DNA of 26,940 bases, from positions 1-26,940 of IMG/VR virus record IMGVR_UViG_3300036943_000417, one strand, 5' to 3'. The stretch's first letter is position 1. Each line of letters opens with the position of its first letter. The notes under the pieces are model-generated. The model was not told the DNA's origin, made no database searches, and worked only from the letters and a program-made list of their open reading frames with translations. Source of the DNA: a virus. Lineage: Duplodnaviria; Caudoviricetes. Of the stretch, positions 1 to 8,949 are shown piece after piece. The position numbers were made by a program, and so were the translations under genes.

Positions 1-926
1 TCGACTCGGCGGGGGCCGATCCCGACGACGTTCTCGCGATTCAAGTCTCCAACCGTGACGTGTACACGATAGGGGAGCGGACGACCCAAATCTGGGTGAA
101 CACCGGGGCGGCAGTCTTCAATTTCCAATCCATTCAGGGAGCATTCATAGAGAAGGGGTCCGTCTCTCCTTTTGCCTCTTGCGTGGGGAATAACGCAGTC
201 TATTTCGTCTCGCGGGACTACAACGGGCAGGGCGAGGTCGTCCAAGTGGTCTCCCGTCTCGCAAAGGTCATCTCTACTCCCGCCATCACCCGCCAGATTC
301 AGTCTTGGGGTGACCTCGGGGATGTTCAGCTCTTCTCCTACGAGCAGAAGGGTCACACACATATCGTCGTAATGTCTCCGAACGCCAGAGAGACGCTCGT
401 GTTTGACTCGACAACCGGACAGTGGCACGAGCGGTCCTCACGCTTCCTTGATGGTACGGAGATGGTAAACGGGCAATGGCGCGTGACCTCCCATACTTTC
501 TTCGCTCGAGCCTCCCGGCATGTCGTGGGGGACATGGGGAACGGGAAGCTCTACACGCTGGACCCCGACGCGTACGACGAGGACGGGGAGGAGATGATAT
601 CGGTTCGCCGGACTCCAATCTTTCGCTCGAATCAGGAGCGGATAACGATTCACGAGCTACAGGTCGTTACGGAACCTGGGGTGGGACTCGTGACGGGAGA
701 GGTGCAGGACGTAAGCCCGCAGGGGATTCTCCGTTGGTCGCGAGACGGGGGTCGGAGGTGGTCCGCCGGGGAGGACATTCCTCTCGGGCCGATCGGGGAG
801 ACGGAAAACAGGGCGCGGGTCATCCAACTCGGGCAAGGGGATAACTGGGTATTCGAGCTGGCTATCTCAGCCCGAGTGAAGCGGGTGATCAAGGATGCCA
901 TAGCGGAAGTAGAGAGGGATACATGA
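1..926 (+). CDS. P22 gp10-like DNA-stabilisation / tail hub protein (5'-truncated by window edge)
   Basis: Frame +3 is open from the window start (DSAGADPDDVLAIQ...). Motifs YEQKGH, FDSTTGQWHER, VVGD..NGKLY.LD, GVGL and LRWSRDGG..WS are typical of gp10-like proteins. It lies upstream of the GNAT and ejection genes. Confidence 0.85.
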   Translation, partial: DSAGADPDDVLAIQVSNRDVYTIGERTTQIWVNTGAAVFNFQSIQGAFIEKGSVSPFASCVGNNAVYFVSRDYNGQGEVVQVVSRLAKVISTPAITRQIQSWGDLGDVQLFSYEQKGHTHIVVMSPNARETLVFDSTTGQWHERSSRFLDGTEMVNGQWRVTSHTFFARASRHVVGDMGNGKLYTLDPDAYDEDGEEMISVRRTPIFRSNQERITIHELQVVTEPGVGLVTGEVQDVSPQGILRWSRDGGRRWSAGEDIPLGPIGETENRARVIQLGQGDNWVFELAISARVKRVIKDAIAEVERDT

Positions 927-1150
927 GTTTAGGCCTACCATCACTCCCGAAAACCGAAATGTTTATCGGAGGGATAATGTCCATGGAGTGGCAGGAGTTC
1001 TTCCGCCTGCTGTTCGAGCGTGTCGGGGGGTACGAAGATTTGCCCGACAATGAGTTGCTGACGATAGATGAGGAACACAGGGTAACATTTACCTGGGATG
1101 GAACTGTCGTCGGAGTATGGATTGACGGAGTGTTTGTGAAGAATATATAA
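923..1150 (+). CDS. Small virion/tail-associated protein (tail-needle gene position)
   Basis: ATGA overlap with the gp10-like stop. The N-terminal P...MS.EW..FF..L..R.GG pattern is of the kind seen after gp10-like genes. Function inferred from synteny. Confidence 0.55.
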   Translation: MSLGLPSLPKTEMFIGGIMSMEWQEFFRLLFERVGGYEDLPDNELLTIDEEHRVTFTWDGTVVGVWIDGVFVKNI

Positions 1151-1189
1151 TGTAGAACCCCGGGGAAGGGGTCATGGGAGGAGGATGGA

Positions 1190-1759
1190 ATGGAAGCGGA
1201 ACTGAGGAGCAGAGGGGGCCGAATTAGGCTCGCGAGGATCGACGATATCCCGCGCATACTGCAGATGGCTTACGGGTTTCACGAGGATGCGATTCGACCG
1301 TTGGGTCTGGGGTATTCCCCCGCAGACTTCGGGGCCTATCTCGTATTCCTCATCCAGTCCCCGATCGCATCCGTCTTCGTCCTTGAGGGGGACCTTGAGG
1401 GGGACCTTGAGGGGGACCTTGAGGGGAGGGGAATCCAGGGAACGATAGCGGGTCTGATCTCCCCATGGTTCATGCAGGGGTCGGACGTCATCCTCACGGA
1501 GCAGTGGGTGTGGGTGGAACCTGAAGCTCGTGGGGGCGGGGCATTCTCCCGTCTCCTGGAAGCCCTGACCCAATGGGGGGTCGGACTCGGGGCCACCAAG
1601 CTCTGCATGGTCGCGATTGGGAGCGGGACCGAGGAGCAGGTGCGGGAGTTCTATGCCCGAAGGGGCTTCACCTACATGGAAACGCACTTCATCAAAGACT
1701 TGAGCTTAGGATCGGGCGCGAGGACGGGTCCGGGATCGGGCGTGAGGGAGGAGGAATAA
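1190..1759 (+). CDS. GNAT-family acetyltransferase (virion-module GNAT)
   Basis: IRLA..DDIP.I start, WVWVEPEARGGG acetyl-CoA motif A and FY.RRGF motif B. GGAGGAGG RBS upstream. Sits just before the ejection genes, as P22 gp14 / T7 gp13-type genes do. Confidence 0.85.
   Translation: MEAELRSRGGRIRLARIDDIPRILQMAYGFHEDAIRPLGLGYSPADFGAYLVFLIQSPIASVFVLEGDLEGDLEGDLEGRGIQGTIAGLISPWFMQGSDVILTEQWVWVEPEARGGGAFSRLLEALTQWGVGLGATKLCMVAIGSGTEEQVREFYARRGFTYMETHFIKDLSLGSGARTGPGSGVREEE
1381..1426 (+). repeat. 12-bp tandem repeat CCTTGAGGGGGA x3.8 (LEGD repeats inside GNAT)
   Basis: Read directly from the sequence; in-frame expansion. Confidence 0.95.
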
Positions 1760-2871
1760 TGGCTATCGGAACAGCAGCAGCATTAATCGGTGGGGCAGCT
1801 TTGGGGGCTGGAGGTTCTATTCTGGCCGCGGATAAGCAATCGAGCGCGGTCAGCTCCGCAGCATCTTCTCAGGCTCAAGCCACCTTGGCTTCGACTCAGA
1901 TGCAGCTCGATTTCCTTCGCGAGAACCGCGCGGACATCGCGGAGGCAGTGGAGGCGGGGCGTATCGATCTGAATCGGGGGTTCAATCTCGCGATGAGAGA
2001 GATACGTAAGGGGTACAATAAAGCGATAAACAGTACAAGACGGGGGTACGGGGCAGCGATTAAGGATGTGAACCAGGGATACAATAAGGCGATAAAATTC
2101 TCGGATAGGGGGTATAATCGTGCAATAGCGGAGTTGAATCCTTTAACGGGTCTCCAGGAGTACAATCAGGCTCGCGGACTCCTCGAGGACCCATCCTCGC
2201 TTGCCGAGCGTCCGTCCTACCAGTTCCAATTTGACCAGGGAATAGAGGCTATGCAGGGGGCCTTCTCGCGAGGGTCCGGGGGCGGTCTGTCCGGACGTGG
2301 AATCCAATCGGCACAGGAGTTTGGACAGAACCTGGCATCCACCGCGCTTGATGCAGAATTGAATCGACTTTTCCCATTCATCAATACGGCAGTTCAGGCT
2401 CGTGCGAATACAGCTAACCTTGAGGTGGGCAGGGGGACAGACCGGGCAAACCTACAGACCGGCAGGGCTACTAGTCTTTCGAATCTTGAGGTGGGCAGGG
2501 GGACAGGACTTGCAAACTTACGGACCAATAGGGCCGCAAACCTTGCAAATATGCAGGTTGGTAGGGGGTCGGCAATGGCCAATCTGACACTCGGAGGGGC
2601 TACAGGCCAGGCCAACGTCTCCGGTCAGTATGCGCCGGGAATTGCCGCCGGGATCCAACAGCAGGGAACAATTCAGGCGAACCAGGCGATCCAGGGAGCC
2701 AATGTCCAAACTGGACTCTACTCCAATCTGGCCAACGTGGGGACTCAATTCATGAATACGGCAGCCACCAACCCCGGCCTATTCAGCTCTCCCGCTTCGA
2801 CTCCCCAACCGTACAACCCGTGGGTCACGGTTCAAAACCCGTTGGGTCTCACTCCCGGCCAGGGACTATAA
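1759..2871 (+). CDS. DNA ejection / pilot protein (P22 gp7-like)
   Basis: True start is ATG 1759 (TAATG overlap, GGAGGAGG RBS). Hydrophobic Gly/Ala N-terminus MAIGTAAALIGGAALGAGG, P.YQF..DQG motif, GGGLSG, two blocks of 11-aa repeats. Confidence 0.8.
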   Translation: MAIGTAAALIGGAALGAGGSILAADKQSSAVSSAASSQAQATLASTQMQLDFLRENRADIAEAVEAGRIDLNRGFNLAMREIRKGYNKAINSTRRGYGAAIKDVNQGYNKAIKFSDRGYNRAIAELNPLTGLQEYNQARGLLEDPSSLAERPSYQFQFDQGIEAMQGAFSRGSGGGLSGRGIQSAQEFGQNLASTALDAELNRLFPFINTAVQARANTANLEVGRGTDRANLQTGRATSLSNLEVGRGTGLANLRTNRAANLANMQVGRGSAMANLTLGGATGQANVSGQYAPGIAAGIQQQGTIQANQAIQGANVQTGLYSNLANVGTQFMNTAATNPGLFSSPASTPQPYNPWVTVQNPLGLTPGQGL

Positions 2872-2880
2872 GGAGGAATT

Positions 2881-4182
2881 ATGCCGACTTTACCGCAGTT
2901 ACAGCAGTTTCAAGTCCCAAATTACGCAGCGGACCTTCTCACTAAGCAGACCACGGCCCAGCTCGCACAGACAGCCCGGCAGAAGGTGCAAAACGAAGCC
3001 GCCCTCGAGATGCAAAAGCTGGGCTTGAGGAACCGCGAGATTGGAGTCTCGGAGGGGAGACTGGGGCTGGATATCCAGAAGCAGCAGGCTGAAGTCGCCA
3101 AGCTCCAACGGGAACAGGCAATCGACGCCAACGAGTTCGCGCTCAACCTCCTGACGGGGGTCAACTCCGAGGAGGACCTCTCGATTGCCAAACGTCAGTT
3201 TCTCTCCCGTTACCCGGAGCACCTCCAGATGGTGAATCAAGTCCTCCCGTCTTATACCCCGACTTCAGTCCGCCTTATCCGCAACTCGCTACGGGACGAG
3301 ACCACACGCCTGAAGCAAGAGGAGCTCGCCTTCTCCCAGGCGATGGACGTCGGGAGATTCGGGCTGGAGAGGAGAGAGCAACAGCTCGACGAGCGGAAGC
3401 AGACCTTCGAGGAGACGAGGCCGAGGGGCTACGCTCCCGGAACCCTCATCAAGACTCCAGGGGGGACGGATCAGCAAGTTCCCACGGCTCCACCCAAACC
3501 CGACTTCGAACTCTTCACGGATTCGGAGGGGAACCAGGCGTATCTCGCAAAGGGCGCAAGTGTCCCGTCGGGATGGACCCGCGTGGATAAGCGTACCGGT
3601 CCTGCCGTCAACGTGTATACGGGGGACTTGGCCCGCACGACTCGCACCAAGGTGGAGTCCGAGATCATCGAGGGGGTGAAGAATGTCCAGTCCTTCCGCA
3701 AGACGGGGGAGATGTTCAAGGATGAGTACCTGGAGGTAATGGGTAAAGGGAAAAAGAAGGCGGCTGAGATTATGGACAAGGCCGGAGTCTCGACGGAAGA
3801 TCAGAGGAAGTACATCAACGAGTACGCCCAGTGGTTCCGCCAGGCCAAGTCCGACTTCCTTGCCTACCGTAAGTGGGTGACGGGTGTCGCGGGAGGGGAG
3901 AAGGAGATGCAAGAGATTGCCACTGCCTTCCCCGATCCGGTGAACAACAGTCCCGAGCAGTACAAGGCGAACCTGAAGTCAATCGAGGAGACGACGAAGC
4001 GGGTACTCCAGCTGAATGCAGACTTCCTCCGCCTCGGGATCGACATGGACCAGCCTCTATCCGTTGTGCTGGAGCAGGCGAAGGAGAAGGGGTTTGACCA
4101 GTTGCCACCCGGAACCCCCCAGGTCATCCGCTACACCCGTGACGCCAACGGAAATCTTGTTCGAGAGGAGGAGGTCAGATGA
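2881..4182 (+). CDS. Second DNA ejection protein (gp20-like position)
   Basis: AAGGAGG RBS, Gln/Ala-rich helical N-terminus, synteny between the gp7-like and the large ejection gene. Confidence 0.65.
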   Translation: MPTLPQLQQFQVPNYAADLLTKQTTAQLAQTARQKVQNEAALEMQKLGLRNREIGVSEGRLGLDIQKQQAEVAKLQREQAIDANEFALNLLTGVNSEEDLSIAKRQFLSRYPEHLQMVNQVLPSYTPTSVRLIRNSLRDETTRLKQEELAFSQAMDVGRFGLERREQQLDERKQTFEETRPRGYAPGTLIKTPGGTDQQVPTAPPKPDFELFTDSEGNQAYLAKGASVPSGWTRVDKRTGPAVNVYTGDLARTTRTKVESEIIEGVKNVQSFRKTGEMFKDEYLEVMGKGKKKAAEIMDKAGVSTEDQRKYINEYAQWFRQAKSDFLAYRKWVTGVAGGEKEMQEIATAFPDPVNNSPEQYKANLKSIEETTKRVLQLNADFLRLGIDMDQPLSVVLEQAKEKGFDQLPPGTPQVIRYTRDANGNLVREEEVR

Positions 4183-4220
4183 TGGAGCGAATGGGACCAC
4201 GAGAGGAGGAGGTCAGATGA
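4162..4220 (+). repeat. 21-bp direct repeat CGAGAGGAGGAGGTCAGATGA (4162-4182, 4200-4220) creating 13-aa mini-ORF 4179-4220
   Basis: Exact repeat of RBS+ATGA. Mini-ORF MMERMGPREEEVR overlaps the upstream stop and the downstream start by ATGA. Confidence 0.9.
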
Positions 4221-6589
4221 AGAAGGTAGTAGGTCCAGAGGGTCAGGAGTTTGAGTTCCCGGATGACGTAACGCAAGAGGAGATAGACTCCGTGGTCCAG
4301 CGGGAGCTTGGGTCTCAAGACGCGGGCGGAATCCCCGACCCCACCTTTGGGGGGCCTGGCTCCGTAGCCGCTCTTGACCCCGCTTCTGCAGCTCAGACCG
4401 AGAAGGGGGCCTCGATGGGGAGGGCAATCGCACTCGAAGCTCCACAGACTCTCGGAGGGGTAGCGGGGGGCCTGACCGCAGCCACCGGCCTGACCGCCGG
4501 TGGTCCCGTTCTTCTCCCGCTCGCAGTGGGTGCCGGCGTTGGAGGAGCTTTCGGGGAGTCCATGAAGCAAATCGGACAGCACCTCTCGGGTTCGCTCGAC
4601 GCACCCGCGACGTCAACGGAAGCGGCCAAACGGATAGGGGAGGCGGCTTTAACCGAAGCGGGGTTCGAGATGGTTGGGGGGTTGGTCGCGAAGGGATTCG
4701 GGAAGATCCTCGCCCCGTTTCGCAAGGAGACGATCCCTGGCCTCGCGACAGCCTCGAAACGGTTCGAGGATCAGATTAAGCCAGTCCTCCTCCCCTCCGA
4801 GGCCACCGAGTCTCGAGTCTTGGATATCCTCGGGAACATTAGCGAGTCGAGCCTCATCGGGGGAAACGCGATAGCCAAATTCAAGACCAAACGGGGGGAA
4901 TTCTTCGACGATTTCGCGGACAGTATGATTGACCAATTCGGGCAACGGGTAAGCCCGGACGAGTTGGGGTCTCTGTTCGTCACGGCACTCGAAGCGAAAC
5001 GGAAAGTCCACAAGGAAGCGGCAGACGTGCTGTACAATAACGTGCAGGCCCTCATCCCTCCCGACGAGATAGTGAAGCGGACTGAAGTGAAGCTGGTCCC
5101 CACGGGCATCGCCGACGAGTATGGGAATCCGATAACGAGGACGGTTGAGAAGGAAGTGGAGGAGGTAATCCCGGGCTTCCGCATCCCCACCCGTAGCCTG
5201 CGCGACTTCTCGTCCAAGGTCCGCGTGCATTCCACGGAGCTCGGGGGAATAGAGGCGAAGAACGCGGGGGACGACCTGATGGATGCGATCAATGGGTTAC
5301 CCGAGGGACTTTCCTTCCAGGAGGCGAAAGAGTTACGCTCGCGACTCATCAGTCGAATCGATGAGTTCAGCGTCATAAACAAGAAGGCTCCGGCAATCGG
5401 GAAGGCGAAAAAGCTCGTAAGCCTGTTGGACAAGCAGATGGCAGACTCACTTCGGGGACTGAAGGCTCCGGGGGTGCGGGCCGCTAGTGGAGAAAATAAA
5501 CTATATCATGGAACCAACAAGACTCTCAAGTCCGGCAAGGATATGGACAAGGGACATAGAGGGTACTTCTTAACTGAAGACCCAAAGGTAGCATCCAAAT
5601 TCGGCTCCAACGTGTATGAGGCTTCAGTAGACGGACTGAAAACCTTCGACGCCCGAGACCCCGAACACTTGAATAGATTCTTGGATGAGTGGAACAGGAA
5701 AGGGTATACGTATTACAGAAATCCGAAGATGCTTGCAGAGACCGGAAATCATGCCTTCTACGAAGACTGGAAGGTTAAGGCTACCCTGGAAGACCTGGGG
5801 TACAACGCTAATTGGCAACTGGAGGATAAGGCAAATACGATAAGGGTTTTTAGTAGAAAATCTATTAAGGAGTTTAAGAAGCCCACACCCGCCACCCCCC
5901 AGCAGACTCCCTACGAAGCCTGGCGCATCGCGAATCGCTTCTACCGCGAGGGCCAGGAGAAGTACAACAACACACTCCTTCGTCGCCTCGTGAAGCTCGC
6001 GGATGACACGGGTACTGGAGCGGAGAACATAGCCCCCGCAATCTTCAAGCCGGGCCAAGTCTCCAAGGTCCGCAAGGTGAAGCGCGCTCTCGGGGAAGGG
6101 TCGGACGAGTGGCGCAACCTGAAGGGCTTCTTCATCCAACATCTGCTCTCCAAGTCAACCGACGTGAACGGGAACCTGGTCGGCAAGCGCATCATCAACA
6201 ACATGAGCGGAAAACCTAACTCGTTTGGTATGCCAGTCCTCACTGAAGTCTTCACCGGGCCGCAGATTCGTGCGCTGGAGGATTTCGGCCGCGTGCTCCA
6301 AGCGACTCAAGCCAGCCAGGGAGAGGGAGCAGGCCGCATGCTCATTCAGCTTGCGCAGGGTACTGCCGTGGGCCGCATCCTACTCGCGGGGGCCATCGAA
6401 CCGGCAACCGCCACTGTCATCCTCGGACCTCCCCTCCTCTCCAAGATGATGCTCAACCCGAAGACCGCAAAACTTTTGACTGAGGGAATCAGCACCCCCG
6501 CCGGGTCCGAGGCCGCGGCCGGTCTCCTCTCGCGCATCGTTGCCGCATCCGAGAGAGTAAAGGAGCGAACCAGGGGGGAGGGGGAATAA
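4217..6589 (+). CDS. Large DNA ejection protein (gp16-like position) with internal ART-like domain
   Basis: Start ATG 4217 after GGAGG. N-terminal V.GPEGQEFEFPDD.T.EEI motif, Gly/Ala-rich membrane-like segment, helical body. Internal YHGT...GYFLTED..VAS.F segment at about 5485-5883. Confidence 0.75.
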   Translation: MKKVVGPEGQEFEFPDDVTQEEIDSVVQRELGSQDAGGIPDPTFGGPGSVAALDPASAAQTEKGASMGRAIALEAPQTLGGVAGGLTAATGLTAGGPVLLPLAVGAGVGGAFGESMKQIGQHLSGSLDAPATSTEAAKRIGEAALTEAGFEMVGGLVAKGFGKILAPFRKETIPGLATASKRFEDQIKPVLLPSEATESRVLDILGNISESSLIGGNAIAKFKTKRGEFFDDFADSMIDQFGQRVSPDELGSLFVTALEAKRKVHKEAADVLYNNVQALIPPDEIVKRTEVKLVPTGIADEYGNPITRTVEKEVEEVIPGFRIPTRSLRDFSSKVRVHSTELGGIEAKNAGDDLMDAINGLPEGLSFQEAKELRSRLISRIDEFSVINKKAPAIGKAKKLVSLLDKQMADSLRGLKAPGVRAASGENKLYHGTNKTLKSGKDMDKGHRGYFLTEDPKVASKFGSNVYEASVDGLKTFDARDPEHLNRFLDEWNRKGYTYYRNPKMLAETGNHAFYEDWKVKATLEDLGYNANWQLEDKANTIRVFSRKSIKEFKKPTPATPQQTPYEAWRIANRFYREGQEKYNNTLLRRLVKLADDTGTGAENIAPAIFKPGQVSKVRKVKRALGEGSDEWRNLKGFFIQHLLSKSTDVNGNLVGKRIINNMSGKPNSFGMPVLTEVFTGPQIRALEDFGRVLQATQASQGEGAGRMLIQLAQGTAVGRILLAGAIEPATATVILGPPLLSKMMLNPKTAKLLTEGISTPAGSEAAAGLLSRIVAASERVKERTRGEGE

Positions 6590-6638
6590 TTCAAAACCAG
6601 GGGAAGGAGGACTCGATGCCAGAGGGGTGCGAGATCCA

Positions 6639-6797
6639 ATGAAGGGAAAGGAGGACTCGATACCAGAGAAGATTAACGGGAAAAAGTTGACGAAGAAAGA
6701 GCACCGGCAGTGGAAGAAGGTAAAGGAGAAAGCCGGGCCGGCCGCCGCAACCGCTGCAGTAAAGAAAGGAAGATCCAAGGGGAAGGGGGCCAAATGA
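6639..6797 (+). CDS. Small very basic protein (possibly ChaB-like); alternative ATA start at 6660
   Basis: Translated by hand: MKGKEDSIPEKINGKKLTKKEHRQWKKVKEKAGPAAATAAVKKGRSKGKGAK. ATGA-coupled at both ends; below the ORF-track cut-off. Confidence 0.5.
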   Translation: MKGKEDSIPEKINGKKLTKKEHRQWKKVKEKAGPAAATAAVKKGRSKGKGAK

Positions 6798-6826
6798 TGA
6801 GGGGGATCCAAGAGGAGGAAAGCCAG

Positions 6827-7045
6827 ATGAGGAGTGAAGATTGGAGTGGTGAAGGTAGGAGGCACGGAGACGTATGCCCGGATCACAGCGGAATCTTCGC
6901 GCGAATTAAGAGTCTGGAGGCCCGCGGGGAGAGATGGGATTCGGCCCTGGAATCCGTCGTTAACAAGATAAACGTGATTCTCGGGAGCGTTCTCGTTTGC
7001 GCTCTGGGGATTATTGGTAATTTAATCGTCCGAATTGTGAGGTGA
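6827..7045 (+). CDS. Small membrane protein, holin/XhlA-like (alternative start 6794)
   Basis: GAGGAGG RBS, C..HSG..ARI..LE coiled-coil segment, then one C-terminal TM helix (VILGSVLVCALGIIGNLIV) and a basic tail. Confidence 0.6.
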   Translation: MRSEDWSGEGRRHGDVCPDHSGIFARIKSLEARGERWDSALESVVNKINVILGSVLVCALGIIGNLIVRIVR

Positions 7046-7077
7046 CCCGCGAGGTGACACCCAAATTGTGAGGTAAC

Positions 7078-8406
7078 ATGAGCGTAGGATTAACACAGAC
7101 CCCCAAGTTTACCGCCTTGGACTCCAACGGGAATCCGTGGGCAGGGGCTAAACTTTACACGTACGAAACGGGGACAACGACACCCAAGACGTCTTGGACC
7201 GACGCCACGAGGGCGACTCCGAACCTAAATCCCATAATCCTCGACAGCTACGGGCAAGCCGATGTCTGGATCGATTCGGTTGGCGGTAATTACCGGCTGA
7301 AGCTCGTGGACCCGGAGGGAAACACGATATGGACCGTGGATGAGGTGGAGGGGAAACTGGGTGTAGTGACTGCTGGATTGGATCCGGGAGACGTTCTGCA
7401 GGTGGACCAGGCCGAGGCGAGTACGGCAACGGCTACGACGACAATCCTGGGGACAGCCACAACCAAGCATTTACTGACCGGGAACGTCACGATCACCGGG
7501 TTTACAGGAACAGCCGGGGTGACATACCATTGCCGGGCAGATGAAATATTTACTTTAACCCATCATGCAACAAACCTGATCATCACCCAGGGAGCTGCAA
7601 ACATCACAACCGCTGCCGGGGATACTTTTGATGTGCAGATGATTACCGGGACAACGGCGAGGATTGTGAATTATGCCAGGGCTACCGGGCATCCCATTAC
7701 ACCCCCGACTGCTAACCGCAACCAGATTATCAATGGTGGCTTCTTTGTGAATCAACGGGGGTACGTTTCAGGGACGAATACAACTTCCGCTAATGAATAC
7801 ACCCTTGATAGATGGCGGGTTGTAACCAGTGAACAGAGTGTCACATGGACGGACTTAGGTGGCAAACGGACTGTAACGGTTCCCGCTGGTGGGGTGGAAC
7901 AAGTGATTGAAGGTGCTTTTCTTCCTGCTGGGACTTATACGATATCCTGGGAAGGAACAGCTACGTGTGCCGTTGATGGGACAGCCAGAACGAACGGGGA
8001 AAGTTTCAGTGTTGCAGGTGGATCTAATGTCACTGTGAAGTTTTCTGACGGGACCGTGGCGAATGCTCAACTCGAAGCTGGCTCAGTGGCTACCCCTTTT
8101 GAGCAGAGGCCAATCGGGGTAGAGAGTAATTTATGCCATAGATATTACGTGCATACAATTCCAATAGGAGGCTCTGGGTATGCTACTGATTCCGGTCAAA
8201 CCGGCCGGGCTACCGCTTCGACATCATTCCCTACAGAGATGCGGGTTGTTCCTACAATATCTTATACCAATGATGGAGGTAATATGAGTGGCAGCTTAGA
8301 CGGTAGTACAGCAATAACGCTTCGTGGGTGTGTCGCCAATCAAACGGCAACTGATAGCGGGTCTGTGTATTGGAGTGGTAAAATAACGTGCGATGCAGAA
8401 CTATAA
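7078..8406 (+). CDS. Tail fibre / tailspike with N-terminal virion-binding domain
   Basis: N-terminus F..LDSNG.P.AGAKLYTYE.GTTTP...NPIILD..G is a podovirus head-binding-type domain. Thr-rich beta region. The C-terminal module NQIINGGF.VNQRG...YTLDRW...QLE.GSVATPFE.RP...C.RYY ends in DAEL and is visibly more AT-rich. Confidence 0.85.
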   Translation: MSVGLTQTPKFTALDSNGNPWAGAKLYTYETGTTTPKTSWTDATRATPNLNPIILDSYGQADVWIDSVGGNYRLKLVDPEGNTIWTVDEVEGKLGVVTAGLDPGDVLQVDQAEASTATATTTILGTATTKHLLTGNVTITGFTGTAGVTYHCRADEIFTLTHHATNLIITQGAANITTAAGDTFDVQMITGTTARIVNYARATGHPITPPTANRNQIINGGFFVNQRGYVSGTNTTSANEYTLDRWRVVTSEQSVTWTDLGGKRTVTVPAGGVEQVIEGAFLPAGTYTISWEGTATCAVDGTARTNGESFSVAGGSNVTVKFSDGTVANAQLEAGSVATPFEQRPIGVESNLCHRYYVHTIPIGGSGYATDSGQTGRATASTSFPTEMRVVPTISYTNDGGNMSGSLDGSTAITLRGCVANQTATDSGSVYWSGKITCDAEL

Positions 8407-8415
8407 GGAGACATT

Positions 8416-8835
8416 ATGATACAAACAGTTCAAATAACTGGAAATGGGTACTTGGTGAACGGCTCGATGCATGTACCGAATGCCCCAGGGAACCGTCATT
8501 ACCATGCGGTACAGGAATGGATCAAACAGGGTAACACCCCTGATCCTATCCCCGGCCCAACACCCGAAGAAATCCAGCGTAACCTCGCGGCTACCTTGGA
8601 TCGACACATCGACTCCGTGGCCCAGGCCAAAGGATACGACAACCGGATCACCGCAAGTCTCCGTGCCGCCAACCCTAAGAGCAAGTGGTATTCCGAAGGT
8701 ATTGCCTTCAGTGAATGGATGGACAACTGCTATGAAGTAAGTCTCTCGATTCTCAATGAAGTCAAAGAGGGAACCCGTGAGATACCAACTGAAACCGAAT
8801 TACTGGCCGAATTACCAGAAATAGTTTGGCCCTAA
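8416..8835 (+). CDS. Tail fibre assembly / chaperone protein
   Basis: AAGGAG RBS. VP..PGNRHY..V.EW...GN.P and HIDSVAQ.KGYD...E..AF..W.D.C...ELP.I.WP motifs typical of genes following tail fibres. Confidence 0.75.
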   Translation: MIQTVQITGNGYLVNGSMHVPNAPGNRHYHAVQEWIKQGNTPDPIPGPTPEEIQRNLAATLDRHIDSVAQAKGYDNRITASLRAANPKSKWYSEGIAFSEWMDNCYEVSLSILNEVKEGTREIPTETELLAELPEIVWP

Positions 8836-8949
8836 CCAGAGGCACCAGAACCTGTTGATGAAAAAGAAGCCCTGATCCGTCAGGAGATGCGGGAGATGGC
8901 GATTGAGAGATTGAAGGCTAAAGGTAAATTGAAAGGAGATATAAAATGA
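8836..8949 (+). pseudogene. Start-less coding remnant in frame after the chaperone stop (PEAPEPVDEKEALIRQEMREMAIERLKAKGKLKGDIK)
   Basis: Open in the same frame directly after TAA 8833-8835. Protein-like helical C-terminus that carries the RBS for the next ORF. Confidence 0.5.

Noticed and set aside
8833-8835. Genome-wide stop-codon reassignment suggested by in-frame coding after TAA
   Set aside because: Many genes end in TAA, TAG or TGA directly followed by RBS-supported starts, so the standard code fits.
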